From contig OZ253442.1 of assembly GCA_965261085.1 (NCBI GenBank), forward strand, positions 1,888,001 through 1,952,000: a stretch of 64,000 nucleotides of DNA. Direction: 5' to 3'. Every line of letters begins with the position of its first letter. Position 1 is the first letter of the stretch. Both the position numbers and the translations under genes were made by a program. Below are positions 20,041 through 30,123 of the stretch, in pieces. The notes below the pieces were generated by a model. The model had not been told where the DNA came from and did not search any database. It saw only the letters and a list, made by a program, of their open reading frames with translations. This stretch comes from a bacterium. GTDB taxonomy: Bacteria > UBA8248.

Positions 20041-20561
20041 TTTTCTGCGAGCAGCTTCATGATCATCGCCTCGGTGCGCTCGTGGTTGCCCTCGCCGATC
20101 GTCTTGAAGCGCACGACACCTTTTTTGTCGATCAGGTATTTTGTCGGCCAGAAGCGATTCTGAAAGGCGTCCCAGTTGGTGAATTCATTATCCATCACGA
20201 CGCGGTATTTGATGCCGAGCTTGCCCATGGCTTCTTCCACGTTCGCTTTTTTCCTGTCAAAGTTGAACTCGGGCGCGTGGTTTCCGATGACGACCAGCCC
20301 CTTGTCCTCATAGCGCTCGTGCCACGAACGCAGCGTGGGGATCTCCCGCACGCAATTGATTCAGGCGAACGTCCACATGTCGAGAAGAACGACCTTGCCG
20401 CGCAACTCCTCGAGTTTGAGAGGCTCGCCGCCCAGCCAGGGCCCACCCTTGAGTTCGGGCGCAGGCGAGCCGGGTCCGAGTCCTGACGCGCCTGCCTGGT
20501 AGAACGTCCAGAACACGGCGAGCAGAGCGATAACGATGATATATATGCGGGTTTTCTTCAT
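20037..20561 (-). CDS. Thioredoxin-fold redoxin (DipZ/TlpA-like), probable selenoprotein with UxxC (TGA at 20363-20361)
   Basis: LRGKVVLLDMWTFA-TGA-INCVREIP...HAPEF...WPTKYLIDKKG in a single frame; hairpin GCGTG-C-GGG-AGAT-CCC-CACGC after the TGA. Confidence 0.9.
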
Positions 20562-20695
20562 CTCGATCTCCTAGCGGTAAGACGGCCTCGAAACACTTTA
20601 GGAGAACGATTGAGCGGATGCAAATACTTTTATACGATGAACCGGACGATTCTTGGAGCAGAGCTTAAATTTCCTGTAAAGTTTCATCCGTTCAT

Positions 20696-21052
20696 ATGGA
20701 GAAGAGAGTGAAATACTACCATTTCGAGGAGATGGAAGCGCACGATACCGGCGAGAGAATCCAGCGTGTGGTGGCGGGCGAGCACCTGACTGTGCTGCGT
20801 CAGACGATTCGCGCAGGCGTGGACATGTATAATCCCCATTCGCATCCGAACGAGCAGATGACGATCGTGCTCGAAGGACGCGCGAGGTTCGAGTGCGGCG
20901 GAAAAGAAGTGGTGCTCGGGCCGGGCGGCGCCGTGGTTTTTCCGCCCAACCAGGAGCACTCCACCCGCAACGCGGGCGATGGGCCGCTCGTTCTGGAGGA
21001 AATCTTCACGCCGGGCATGGAGGCGCTGAACAAACTGGCGCCTGGGGATTAA
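20696..21052 (+). CDS. Cupin domain protein
   Basis: PHSHPNEQ and PPNQEH cupin motifs. Confidence 0.88.
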   Translation: MEKRVKYYHFEEMEAHDTGERIQRVVAGEHLTVLRQTIRAGVDMYNPHSHPNEQMTIVLEGRARFECGGKEVVLGPGGAVVFPPNQEHSTRNAGDGPLVLEEIFTPGMEALNKLAPGD

Positions 21053-21069
21053 ATGGGCGGGAGATAGCT

Positions 21070-21876
21070 ATGAGCCGTCTGACGATTACGGGACTCAAGA
21101 AAGATTTCGACGACGTGTGCGCGGTCGATAACCTTTCCCTCGCGCTCGAAGAGGGGGAGTTCATGGTGCTCGTAGGTCCTACGGGCTGCGGCAAGTCGAC
21201 GCTCTTGCGCCTCATCGCCGGCGTGGAGGATGAGGATGCGGGCCATATCTACCTGGACGGCGTGCGTTTGAACGGCATCCAGCCGGGGCGGCGCGGGGTG
21301 CAACTCGTGTTCCAGAGCTACGCCCTCTGGCCTCACATGAAGGTTTTCGATGAGAAAAAATACTCGAACCTGAGCTTCGCGCTCAAAATCAGGCGCTGGC
21401 TGCCGGGCATTCTGAACGAGCGCGCGCAGGACGTGATGCGGCGTCTGGGGATCAGTCAAAAATGGTCCCGACGCCGTCCGGACACACTGAGTGCGGGCCA
21501 GCAACAGAAGGTGGCGATAGGCCGCGCCATCGTCATACCGCCTCGCGTTTTTCTTCTCGATGAACCCTTGGCGAACATCGATCCGGTCGCCAGGATCGAG
21601 GTGCGAAAAGAATTAAGAAGGGTGCACGACGAAATCGGGGCGGTCAGCCTGCTGGTGACGCATGATTTAACGGATGCGTTTCAAATCGCAGACAGAATCG
21701 CCGTGATGCGCGATGGCGCAATTGTTCAGGTCGATACGCCGGAGAACCTCATCAATCATCCTGCGGACTCGTTCGTCGAGAATTTCTTCACGAGCGTGCA
21801 TCATGAGAGGCTGCTGCGGGAGTTTCGCGCGAGACGCAGGGCGAGGAGATCGGAGCCGACATCTGAATCACCTTGA
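21070..21876 (+). CDS. ABC transporter ATP-binding protein (MalK-like)
   Basis: GPTGCGKS Walker A, LSAGQQQ signature, LLDEP, VTHD. Confidence 0.9.
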   Translation: MSRLTITGLKKDFDDVCAVDNLSLALEEGEFMVLVGPTGCGKSTLLRLIAGVEDEDAGHIYLDGVRLNGIQPGRRGVQLVFQSYALWPHMKVFDEKKYSNLSFALKIRRWLPGILNERAQDVMRRLGISQKWSRRRPDTLSAGQQQKVAIGRAIVIPPRVFLLDEPLANIDPVARIEVRKELRRVHDEIGAVSLLVTHDLTDAFQIADRIAVMRDGAIVQVDTPENLINHPADSFVENFFTSVHHERLLREFRARRRARRSEPTSESP

Positions 21877-22704
21877 CTCGGGGTTTTCGAGAAAATCCCG
21901 CCATGCCGCCCAGTAGGCGGCGCCCCCCGCGATGTATGTATCGTTATGGCCCGCCCCCTTGATGGTGAAAAAACGCTTATGCGGCGCGCGCGCCGCCTCG
22001 TAGAGCCGTCTCCCCTGCGCGTGGGGCACGATGCCGTCTTTATCGCCGTGTAAGATGAACAAGGGCATCTCCACTTTCGGGATCATGGCCGCGCTGTCGA
22101 ATTTTGCGGAGATGAGCCAACTGACCGGCAGGAAGGGGAACATCTGCTTCCCCATGGCGAGGGTGCTCTCGAAGGGGCTCTCCAGTATGAGGCCGCGCGC
22201 TTTTTTTCCTTCCACTGCGAGTTTCACCATTACGGCCGCGCCGAGAGAACGTCCGAAAAGAACAATGCGCTCATGCGCTATGCGTTTCACGAGCCAGGCG
22301 TATGCGGCCCTGCCGTCGGCGTAGAGGCCCTCCTCGCTCGGTCTGCCCTCGCTTTTCCCAAAACCCCTGTAGTCGAAGATGAAGACGCCCGCTCCCAGTT
22401 CTTTTTGGAAGAGCGCGACGTTCTCGGCGCGGTGCGAGAGGTTGCCCGCGTTGCCGTGCGCCCACAAGAGAACCGGGCCGTCTGGGTACTCGGGTGCGAC
22501 GTACCAGCCATGCAGGCGCACGCCGTCCTCAGCGGTGAAGTGGACGTTCTCATAAGCGACGCCGTAGGTTCTGGGCGTTTGTTCGATTTCCCGGTAGGGG
22601 TGATAGAGCAGAAAGTTCTCAAGGAGGCCGAAGATCCCCATCACTATCAACGCGCCTGCGCCGAGGAGCAGGTAGCGATGGAATTTCTGAGAAAATTGCA
22701 GCAT
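21868..22704 (-). CDS. Alpha/beta hydrolase (Bem46/ABHD13-like)
   Basis: HGNAGN, DYRGFGKSEG, GRSLG, HGDKD, GAGHND. Confidence 0.9.
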   Translation of the reverse strand: MLQFSQKFHRYLLLGAGALIVMGIFGLLENFLLYHPYREIEQTPRTYGVAYENVHFTAEDGVRLHGWYVAPEYPDGPVLLWAHGNAGNLSHRAENVALFQKELGAGVFIFDYRGFGKSEGRPSEEGLYADGRAAYAWLVKRIAHERIVLFGRSLGAAVMVKLAVEGKKARGLILESPFESTLAMGKQMFPFLPVSWLISAKFDSAAMIPKVEMPLFILHGDKDGIVPHAQGRRLYEAARAPHKRFFTIKGAGHNDTYIAGGAAYWAAWRDFLENPESR

Positions 22705-22711
22705 CCCATTC

Positions 22712-23128
22712 TCATCGAGGGGTTAGGGCGAGTTCCCGGTGAGCGGTCTTGATGCAAAGGTCCTGAATCGTCGTGATGCCCGCATCCTCCAGGCGGTGCG
22801 AAGCGGCGGGATGCGAGATGCCCTTTTGCATCCAGAATGCGCGCGGGCGTTTTTGGATTGTCTCAGCCAACAGGGAGGGGATTTCCTCGGAACGCCTGAA
22901 AGCGTTGACGATGTCGACGCGTTCGGTGACCTCCCCAAGGCTTGGATAGGCCTTTTCTCCCAAGGCGGATTCGATTCTCGGGTTTATTGGAATGACCCGG
23001 TAGCCCGCCTCCTGGAGATAGGCGGCGATGCGGTGGCTCGCGCGCGAGGGATCATCCGAGAGACCGACCACGGCGATGGTTTCGGCGGCCGAGAGGATAT
23101 GGGCGATCATTTGGTTCTCAGGGTTCAT
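22712..23128 (-). CDS. CoA-binding protein (YccU-like)
   Basis: IAVVGLS, GYRVIPINP, VDIVNAFR, WMQKGI; RBS AAGGAG. Confidence 0.88.
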   Translation of the reverse strand: MNPENQMIAHILSAAETIAVVGLSDDPSRASHRIAAYLQEAGYRVIPINPRIESALGEKAYPSLGEVTERVDIVNAFRRSEEIPSLLAETIQKRPRAFWMQKGISHPAASHRLEDAGITTIQDLCIKTAHRELALTPR

Positions 23129-23312
23129 CTCAGCGGTCTCCTTGATTTTCTGGATGATACCATACCTCATATCCGGTGTATGAGGCGGAGGCGGGAGAGA
23201 AACAACTTGCCCTCGATGAAACCGGGGTGTACATCATCGGGAGGGAAGAAATGCTCCCATTACCGATTTCATGGATGAGATATTTTTTATTTTCGAGTGA
23301 GGGCATGTGATG

Positions 23313-23993
23313 ATGGATACGGCGGTTGTCGAGATTTTTCACGAATACCATTGACCCTGGGCATACCTGGCCGCGGCGCGGCTGGACAGGGTGATGCCCG
23401 ATTTCGAGGGCAAGCTGCATCTCAAATGGCGCGCCTTCCCGCTGGAAGTCATCAACGACCGGCCTGCGCCTCGCTATATCGTGGATCAGGAATGGCCCCT
23501 GGTGGCGGTTCAGGAGCCGCTCTCGCCGTGTCGAAGCTGGCCGCACGAGGAATACCTGAGGACCACGATGCTTGCCTTTCAGGCCTACGCGAGCGCCTAT
23601 GCGCAAGACCCGGTAAAGGCGCGCGTCTACGATCTCAAGATCAGGCGCGGCTTCTTCTATGAAGGCAGACGAGTGGATGAGGTTTCGGTTCTTTGCGAGA
23701 TCGCCGAAGAGGCGGGTCTCGATGGCTCCACGGTGGGAGCGGATCTGGAATCGGGCGCATATGAAGAGGGCGTGATGGATGATTACAAAGAAGCCATGCG
23801 CTTAAGGGACGAGGAGGGCCTGCCGATGACGAGTCCCACCCTCATTTTCCCGAGCGGGGAGTCCGTGTTCAATCCATACGCATCGGATAAGACGATAGAG
23901 GGCGGAAAACTCACCGAAGTGCACGCCCCGCCCGCCTACGGGGAGGCGGTGTACCAGGGTTTCCGCGAGATTCTGGCCAGAGCGGCGGGATGA
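23313..23993 (+). CDS. DsbA/FrnE-family protein, probable selenoprotein (TGA at 23352-23354, motif H-U-P-W-A)
   Basis: MDTAVVEIFHEYH-TGA-PWAYLAAARL... is in frame with ORF 23391-23993 (WRAFPL, cis-Pro region TSPT); GC-rich hairpin downstream of the TGA. Confidence 0.8.
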
Positions 23994-24029
23994 GGGGCGA
24001 AGGTTGGAACAATCACCAGGAGTAAGTAC

Positions 24030-24845
24030 ATGAACCAACGCCGTCTCGGCAGAACCGGATTGCAAGTAAGCGAGATTGGTTTAGGCACTTCGCATAATTT
24101 CATGCACATGGCGAGCAGCGACCCCGCCCGGTGCACCGAGATCGTTCGCGAATGCCTGGCGTGCGGAATCAATTTTTTCGATACCGCGCCCATATACGGG
24201 GGATCAGAGCGGGTTCTGGGAGAAGCGCTGGCGGGGAGCAGGGATAAAATCGTCCTGGCGACCAAGGTGTGGGAGTCGAGCGCTTCTGCGGCCCGCGCGA
24301 GCATCGAGCGCTCCTTCAAACGCCTCCGCACGGACGTGATAGACCTCTTGCAGATTCACAACATGGCCGGCTGGCGGGAAGTGACGCCCGCCATGCAGGC
24401 GTTTCAACGAGAGGGCGGAATCCGGTATTTGGGGGTCACCGACAGGAGGCCGGAGAATTTCCCGGAACTCATCGAAGCCATGAAGACGGGCGCGTACGAC
24501 GCAATCCAGATACCGTATTATCTGGGCGAGGTGAGGTGCCGAGAGGAGGTTTTGCCCCTGGCGCGGGAGATGGATCTGGGCGTGATCGTCATGCGGCCCT
24601 TCAGTCACTTAAAGTGTGGCCTGCTCGGTCCGGGAGGCAGCATCGCCCGTATGCCGGAACTGAAAGCCCACCATGACGGGACGCCGGGGCAGGCGCTTTT
24701 GAAATATCTTCTCGCGGACGAGAGCGTCTCCTCCATCATCCCCGCCACCGGTAGAGTGGGCCGCATGAGCGAGAACGCGGCGGCGTCGGGCGACGACGCA
24801 CTCCCCGAAGAAATCCGCGCTCGTCTGGAGGCGCTCGTAAGCTGA
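24030..24845 (+). CDS. Aldo/keto reductase
   Basis: RRLGRTGLQVSEIGLG, FDTAPIYG, LATKV, IDLLQIH. Confidence 0.92.
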   Translation: MNQRRLGRTGLQVSEIGLGTSHNFMHMASSDPARCTEIVRECLACGINFFDTAPIYGGSERVLGEALAGSRDKIVLATKVWESSASAARASIERSFKRLRTDVIDLLQIHNMAGWREVTPAMQAFQREGGIRYLGVTDRRPENFPELIEAMKTGAYDAIQIPYYLGEVRCREEVLPLAREMDLGVIVMRPFSHLKCGLLGPGGSIARMPELKAHHDGTPGQALLKYLLADESVSSIIPATGRVGRMSENAAASGDDALPEEIRARLEALVS

Positions 24846-24887
24846 GTTGAGCGTCCTCCCTATGGCCCCATCAAGCAGGATCGGTGG

Positions 24888-25508
24888 TCATTTCCCCGGT
24901 GGTCCGGAGCCCGGAATAAACCTTGGAAAATAGCGGCCGGCGTGCGAAGCGTATTGTTCGTACATGGCGCCGTGCAGACGATGAAGATGCGGTTCTTCGA
25001 CGAAGCGAACCTGCAATTCGATGCTCGAATAGGCCAGGATAAGAAAAAACAGCATATAGATGTGGGGAAGCAACGCCAGCAGACCGATACAGAACAAGAA
25101 CACGCCGCTGTAGATCGGATTTCTGACGAGAGAATACAAGCCGCTCGTCACCAGATCGGTTCGCTCGGATTTATCGACGCCGAATCTCCATGCAGCCCCC
25201 ATTTGCCATTGGGAGATTACCATGATGGCGATGCCGGCCAGAGAGGCTCCTGCGCCGATGATGTTCCCGGACTCGCCGAGATGAATTTGCGGCCGAATCT
25301 TTCCGGTAGCCTCAATGCAAGAAACAACAAGAATGGCTATGAATGAAGTAATCAGAAGGACGCATGCGCATTTGGCTGTTTTGGGGGCAGTCCGGCTCAC
25401 CCAGCGTATGCCGTGGTCTCCGGTGAGCCCGAACTGAATCGCGATTCTTCCGCCTACACCCAATACCAGAAAGGTGATGTAGAGCGTCAGCGCGTTGGCG
25501 CCGAACAT
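24888..25508 (-). CDS. Isoprenylcysteine carboxylmethyltransferase family membrane protein
   Basis: LVTSGLYSLVRNPIY and EE...YEQY motifs; multiple TMs. Confidence 0.85.
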   Translation of the reverse strand: MFGANALTLYITFLVLGVGGRIAIQFGLTGDHGIRWVSRTAPKTAKCACVLLITSFIAILVVSCIEATGKIRPQIHLGESGNIIGAGASLAGIAIMVISQWQMGAAWRFGVDKSERTDLVTSGLYSLVRNPIYSGVFLFCIGLLALLPHIYMLFFLILAYSSIELQVRFVEEPHLHRLHGAMYEQYASHAGRYFPRFIPGSGPPGK

Positions 25509-25607
25509 ATGACCTCCCGGCTTCTTACATCGGGTGGAGCGAGAACAAACGAACTCCTCCGCTCGCCTGGTTGGTCTCCTCTGATAGCAGCGCGAATCGC
25601 CGGGCGG

Positions 25608-25925
25608 TTAGGACGCGGTGGAAATGGCTCCCACTTCGTTGTCGACGATGACTGGCGATTCGAAGTATTCGATCGTGGGCTCGACTCCCAGGCGCTCGCG
25701 CAGCCCGGCGCGCCAGGCGTCGTCGTAGAGCCGCTCGGCGTCGGCGCGCGACTCGAAGAGATAGACCCCGCCTCCGGTGCGCACGTCGTCTGACACCAGA
25801 TAGTATTTGCGCACCAGCCCCGGAACGTCGCGGTAGAGTGGGGCCGACCTCTCGAAGGCCGCGGCCATCTCCTCATGGGTCTTTCCTTCGGGAAGCGTGA
25901 AGCGAACGATTGCGGTGACGGCCAT
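25608..25925 (-). CDS. YdhR-family (dimeric alpha+beta barrel) protein, copy 2
   Basis: YRDVPGLVRKYYL, GGVYLFESR. Confidence 0.8.
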   Translation of the reverse strand: MAVTAIVRFTLPEGKTHEEMAAAFERSAPLYRDVPGLVRKYYLVSDDVRTGGGVYLFESRADAERLYDDAWRAGLRERLGVEPTIEYFESPVIVDNEVGAISTAS

Positions 25926-25937
25926 AGAGCATCCTCC

Positions 25938-26252
25938 TTATGCGGTGGAAACGGCCTTGGCTTCGTTGTCGACGATGACGGGCGAGTCGAAGTATTGGAC
26001 CTTGGGCTCGACTCCCATGCGCTCGCGCAGCCTGGCGCGCCAGACTTCGTCATGGACCCGCTCGGCGTCGGCGCGCGACTCGAAGATATAGACCCCGCCG
26101 CCTGTCCGCCGGTCTTCGGACAACAGATAGTATTTGCGCAAGAGGCCCGGTACGTCGCGGTAGAGAGCCGAGGAACTCTCGAAAGACGCGATCAACTCCT
26201 CCTCGGTTTTAACTTCGGGAAGCGGGAAACGGACAATTGCGGTGACGGCCAT
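25938..26252 (-). CDS. YdhR-family protein, copy 1
   Basis: YRDVPGLLRKYYL, GGVYIFESR; RBS AGGAGG; paralog of its neighbour. Confidence 0.8.
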   Translation of the reverse strand: MAVTAIVRFPLPEVKTEEELIASFESSSALYRDVPGLLRKYYLLSEDRRTGGGVYIFESRADAERVHDEVWRARLRERMGVEPKVQYFDSPVIVDNEAKAVSTA

Positions 26253-26310
26253 GAAGTATCCTCCTTGTGTGATGGGTTCACTCTTGATGATAACACGAAA
26301 CGGGGCCAAC

Positions 26311-26712
26311 TCAGTTAACCGGATACATCCGCTTGACGCTCAGCCTCGCCACGAGTCGTTTCTCGTTTTTCATCGCCTGTAAGTATTCGTCGAGATCATC
26401 GGGGTTTTTTCCGGTAATGCGCCGATAGAGGTCGAGGTTTTTCGTGCCGTCGGGGTCTTCGACGAGCGTGGCCTCTCCTTCCGCGCAGAGGTAGGGATAG
26501 AAGCTGTCCTGAGGCATCACGCAAAGCGTGGCCCTCGGGTCCCGCTTTAAGTTTTTGGCTTTTACGCGGTTCCACGTCATGGAGAATTCCACGACTCCGT
26601 CTCTGTAATCGAACACGATAGGCGTGGGGTGCGCTCTCCCGTCTTTGAGCAGCGTGCTCAGGACGCCGTGGTGCTGTTCGTTCAGGAAGGCCGGCGCCTC
26701 GTCATGCGTCAT
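26311..26712 (-). CDS. PPOX-class (pyridoxamine 5'-phosphate oxidase-like, putative F420-dependent) protein
   Basis: LSTLLKDGRAHPTP, KAKNLKRDPRATL. Confidence 0.8.
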   Translation of the reverse strand: MTHDEAPAFLNEQHHGVLSTLLKDGRAHPTPIVFDYRDGVVEFSMTWNRVKAKNLKRDPRATLCVMPQDSFYPYLCAEGEATLVEDPDGTKNLDLYRRITGKNPDDLDEYLQAMKNEKRLVARLSVKRMYPVN

Positions 26713-26723
26713 GGGGTATCTCC

Positions 26724-27524
26724 TTATGAATCGGCATCCATTGCGGTATCGACGAAGTCATCGAACGCGGAGGAAAAAGCCTCGGGCGCATCCTGTATCG
26801 GAAAATGCCCGCAGGCGGGAATGATCGTTCTGACGCAATTCGGGATGCGCTCCTCGAACATCTCCCCATATGCCATCGGCCCCGCGTCCTTCTCGCCCAT
26901 ACAAACCCAGGTGGGGGCCTGGATTTCGCCCAGGCGCCCCGTCATGTCCGGCGTTTGGAGGATGGCGTCTGCCGCCGCGACGAAGTCGGTGGGTGTGTTT
27001 TTGAGGAATAGCCTTTTGAATTTATCGGCGCTTGGGCCGTCGATGTAGTCCCGGGGGAGGGTCGCCCGCAAATCCTCGCTTTTAAGGACCGCCGCCATTC
27101 CCTCGTCGAGCGCCAATTTCTTTAAAAATTCGAATCGTTGCCTCATTTCTCCTTCGGGTGCTGCGGCGGATGAAGCGATGAGCATCAGGCTCTCGAGTCT
27201 CTCGGGGTGTTGTAAGGCGAACAGGAGGGCGACACGTCCGCCCATGCTGTGTCCCATGAGGTGGACCCTGTCGAGTCCCCAGAAGTTCAGGAGACCCAGC
27301 AGATCATCGGTGAGGGTTTGAATCTCATAAGGGCTTTGCTTTTTACTCGACCCCCCGTGGCCTCGATGATCGTACGCGAAGGCCTGAAAACGCCCGGAGA
27401 GCGCATCCATCACCGGCTCCCAGGTGTATATGGAGTTGGCGAATCCGTGCATCGCGACGAGGGGCGCTCCCCTGCCTTTCACGACGTACGCGAGGTTCAC
27501 TCCATTCACCGTCGCAGCGGGCAT
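26724..27524 (-). CDS. Alpha/beta hydrolase
   Basis: MHGF, DHRGHGGS, GHSMGG, CGHF. Confidence 0.9.
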   Translation of the reverse strand: MPAATVNGVNLAYVVKGRGAPLVAMHGFANSIYTWEPVMDALSGRFQAFAYDHRGHGGSSKKQSPYEIQTLTDDLLGLLNFWGLDRVHLMGHSMGGRVALLFALQHPERLESLMLIASSAAAPEGEMRQRFEFLKKLALDEGMAAVLKSEDLRATLPRDYIDGPSADKFKRLFLKNTPTDFVAAADAILQTPDMTGRLGEIQAPTWVCMGEKDAGPMAYGEMFEERIPNCVRTIIPACGHFPIQDAPEAFSSAFDDFVDTAMDADS

Positions 27525-27642
27525 CGTCCTCTCCTCCAGGTGAGGGAAATACGCTTTTCACCTTTGCCGAAGCGCTAGAATAACCTATTATGCGTTTTTT
27601 CGCAGAGCGGCTCATCTAACCGGCAGAGGCGGGAGTTCGTAC

Positions 27643-28332
27643 GTGGACGGGAAAAGAGTGGCGGTCGTTCTCCTGAGCGGCGGCATGGATTCCGCCGTCG
27701 TTCTGGCGATAGCGAACGGGCAAGGATTCGCCTGCGAGGCGCTCAGTTTCGACTACGGGCAAAGGCACCGGTGTGAGCTTCTCGCCGCCCAAAGGGTGGC
27801 GAAACAAATCGGCGCATCGGGCCATGCCGTATTGTCCATCGACATGCGCCCCATCGGCGGCAGCGCGCTCACCGACGACATCGCAGTGCCCAAGGAGCGC
27901 ACCGATATCGGAGAGGGCATACCGGTAACGTATGTGCCCGCGCGAAACACTATTTTTCTGAGCTATGCGCTCGCCTTGGCCGAGGTGAAGGGTGCGAGCG
28001 ATATCTTCATCGGGGTGAACGCGCTCGATTATTCCGGGTATCCGGATTGCCGCCCCGAATACATCGAAGCCTTTGAGAACATGGCGCGTCTGGCCACGAA
28101 GTCGGGCGTGGGGGGCGCACCGCTTGCGATCCATACGCCTTTGAGCGCAATGCGAAAATCCGACATCGTGCTGAAAGGTCTGGAACTGGGGGTGGATTTT
28201 TCTCTCACGCATACCTGTTATGACCCGGTGGATGATGGGAAACCCTGTGGTTCGTGTGACGCCTGCATCCTGAGGCGTAAGGGGTTCGAGGAAATCGGTG
28301 AACGGGACCCGCTCCCTTATCCCGATATGTGA
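27643..28332 (+). CDS. queC: 7-cyano-7-deazaguanine synthase
   Basis: SGGMDS, YGQRH, TYVPARN, GYPDCR, CGSCDAC. Confidence 0.97.
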   Translation: MDGKRVAVVLLSGGMDSAVVLAIANGQGFACEALSFDYGQRHRCELLAAQRVAKQIGASGHAVLSIDMRPIGGSALTDDIAVPKERTDIGEGIPVTYVPARNTIFLSYALALAEVKGASDIFIGVNALDYSGYPDCRPEYIEAFENMARLATKSGVGGAPLAIHTPLSAMRKSDIVLKGLELGVDFSLTHTCYDPVDDGKPCGSCDACILRRKGFEEIGERDPLPYPDM

Positions 28333-30014
28333 TGGTTGGAGAAATCGTGGAAGAAATACGCACGGATGTGTTGGTCGTGGGCGGCGGCCTGGCCGGAACG
28401 CTGGCCGCTCTGGCCGCGCGCGAAGAAGGAGCGGACGTCTGCATCGCCATGAAGGGCGAGGCCGGCCTGACGGGTAATTCCGCGCGCGCAGGCGGTGTGT
28501 TCGCAGCGATATTTGAGGGTTTTTCCCTGCCGGATGATTCCGTGGAAACCATGGTGGCGGATAATTTCCGCAGCGGATGGTTCATGTCCGACCCCGCCCT
28601 GGTTCGCGTGGTCGCATCCGAATCAGGGGCCGCGATAGAACGCCTGCGCGCTCACGTGGTTCCCTTCCTGGAGAAAAACGGACGGATGACACCCACGAAA
28701 CTCCCCGGGCATACCTATCCCCGGGGAGCGCGCGTGCCGGGCGGCGGTCCCCGGATGATGATGGTGCTGGGCGCGCGGCTCGCGCAGAGCGGGGCGCGCG
28801 TTCTGGAGGGGCTATCCTTCGTCGGGTTGCTGCGCGACGGCGGCGGGAGGATCGTGGGAGCCGATTTTCAGGTGGAGGAAAACGGGAATCTGCTTCGGGC
28901 GCATGCGCGCGCCACGATTCTGGCGATGGGTGGTTTGGGGGGAATGTATCCCGTAACGACGAATGCGCCGGGCGTCGCGGGAGTCGGCTACGGGGCTGCG
29001 CTCGACGCCGGGGCGCGATTGCGGGACATGGAGTTCGTGCAGTTCACGCCCACGGCGCTGGCCCATCCGCCGCAGCTCAGGGGCAGAAACTCAGGGGGTA
29101 TGGCGCTCTCCTTCCCTGAAGCGCGGATGAGAAACAGCATCAACGAGCGGTTCATGACCCGCTATGCGCCCGATGATCTGGAGCACGCCAAACGCGACGT
29201 TCTTTCCCGCGCGATGCACCGGGAGATCGTCGAGGGGCGGGGGACCGAAAACGGCGCCGTTTACCTCGATTTGACACAGGTGCCCTACGAGGGGTTAAGG
29301 GATGTGATGGGTGAAATCATCGATGATTTCGAGGCGGCGGGTCTCGACGTGCGGAAAGAGCCGATAGAAATCGCTCCCGCCGCGCATTCGTGCATGGGCG
29401 GCGTCCTCATCGACACGAACGGGCGAACGGACGTGGATGGCCTTTTCGTCGCCGGTGAGAACGGCGGGGGTCTGCACGGAGCTAATCGCCTGGCGAGCGG
29501 GGGCCTCACCGTGTGCGCCGTGATGGGTGATAGGGCGGGCCGGGCCGCCGCCCATGTGGCGGGAGAGGGCGGGCCGCCCGAAAAAAGTGAAATGGGCGCG
29601 GCGGGCGCGGACGTGGTGGATGAGAATCAACTGGATGAAATAGAAGAAAATATACGCGAAATCATGTTTTCCTCCGGCGGCATCGAGCGTGATTTGGCGG
29701 CCTTACAAGAGGGCATCGGGAAAATAACCGCTCATAAAGAGAAAATCATGGGGGAAACGCCCGCCGCTTCGCTCCTCTCGCGCCATGCGCAGTCGAGGTT
29801 CATGTGCCTTACCGCAGAGGCGATGCTGGGCTCGATGGCCATTCGCGCCGAAAGCCGGGGGGCGCATACCCGCTCGGATTATCCCGAGCGTGATGATGAG
29901 AACTGGCTGGCCAACATCCATGTATCGTTGGGGCCTGATGACGCCCCGGCGCACCAGAGGGTGCCGATAGGGGATGAGTTGCGTGAGGCGGCGTCGCGCC
30001 ATACGGGCGCTTGA
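28329..30014 (+). CDS. FAD-dependent oxidoreductase, SdhA/FrdA/NadB family
   Basis: [47 protein letters not shown]. Confidence 0.88.
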   Translation: MMVGEIVEEIRTDVLVVGGGLAGTLAALAAREEGADVCIAMKGEAGLTGNSARAGGVFAAIFEGFSLPDDSVETMVADNFRSGWFMSDPALVRVVASESGAAIERLRAHVVPFLEKNGRMTPTKLPGHTYPRGARVPGGGPRMMMVLGARLAQSGARVLEGLSFVGLLRDGGGRIVGADFQVEENGNLLRAHARATILAMGGLGGMYPVTTNAPGVAGVGYGAALDAGARLRDMEFVQFTPTALAHPPQLRGRNSGGMALSFPEARMRNSINERFMTRYAPDDLEHAKRDVLSRAMHREIVEGRGTENGAVYLDLTQVPYEGLRDVMGEIIDDFEAAGLDVRKEPIEIAPAAHSCMGGVLIDTNGRTDVDGLFVAGENGGGLHGANRLASGGLTVCAVMGDRAGRAAAHVAGEGGPPEKSEMGAAGADVVDENQLDEIEENIREIMFSSGGIERDLAALQEGIGKITAHKEKIMGETPAASLLSRHAQSRFMCLTAEAMLGSMAIRAESRGAHTRSDYPERDDENWLANIHVSLGPDDAPAHQRVPIGDELREAASRHTGA

Positions 30015-30123
30015 GGCGCTGAGCGGTATGCCGGATTCATGTTGACACCATGGGCGCGAGAGGATAACCAAGGAATACGCACTTACTTTCGATGAGAATT
30101 CTTCTCAATGATTTGGAGGAGTT

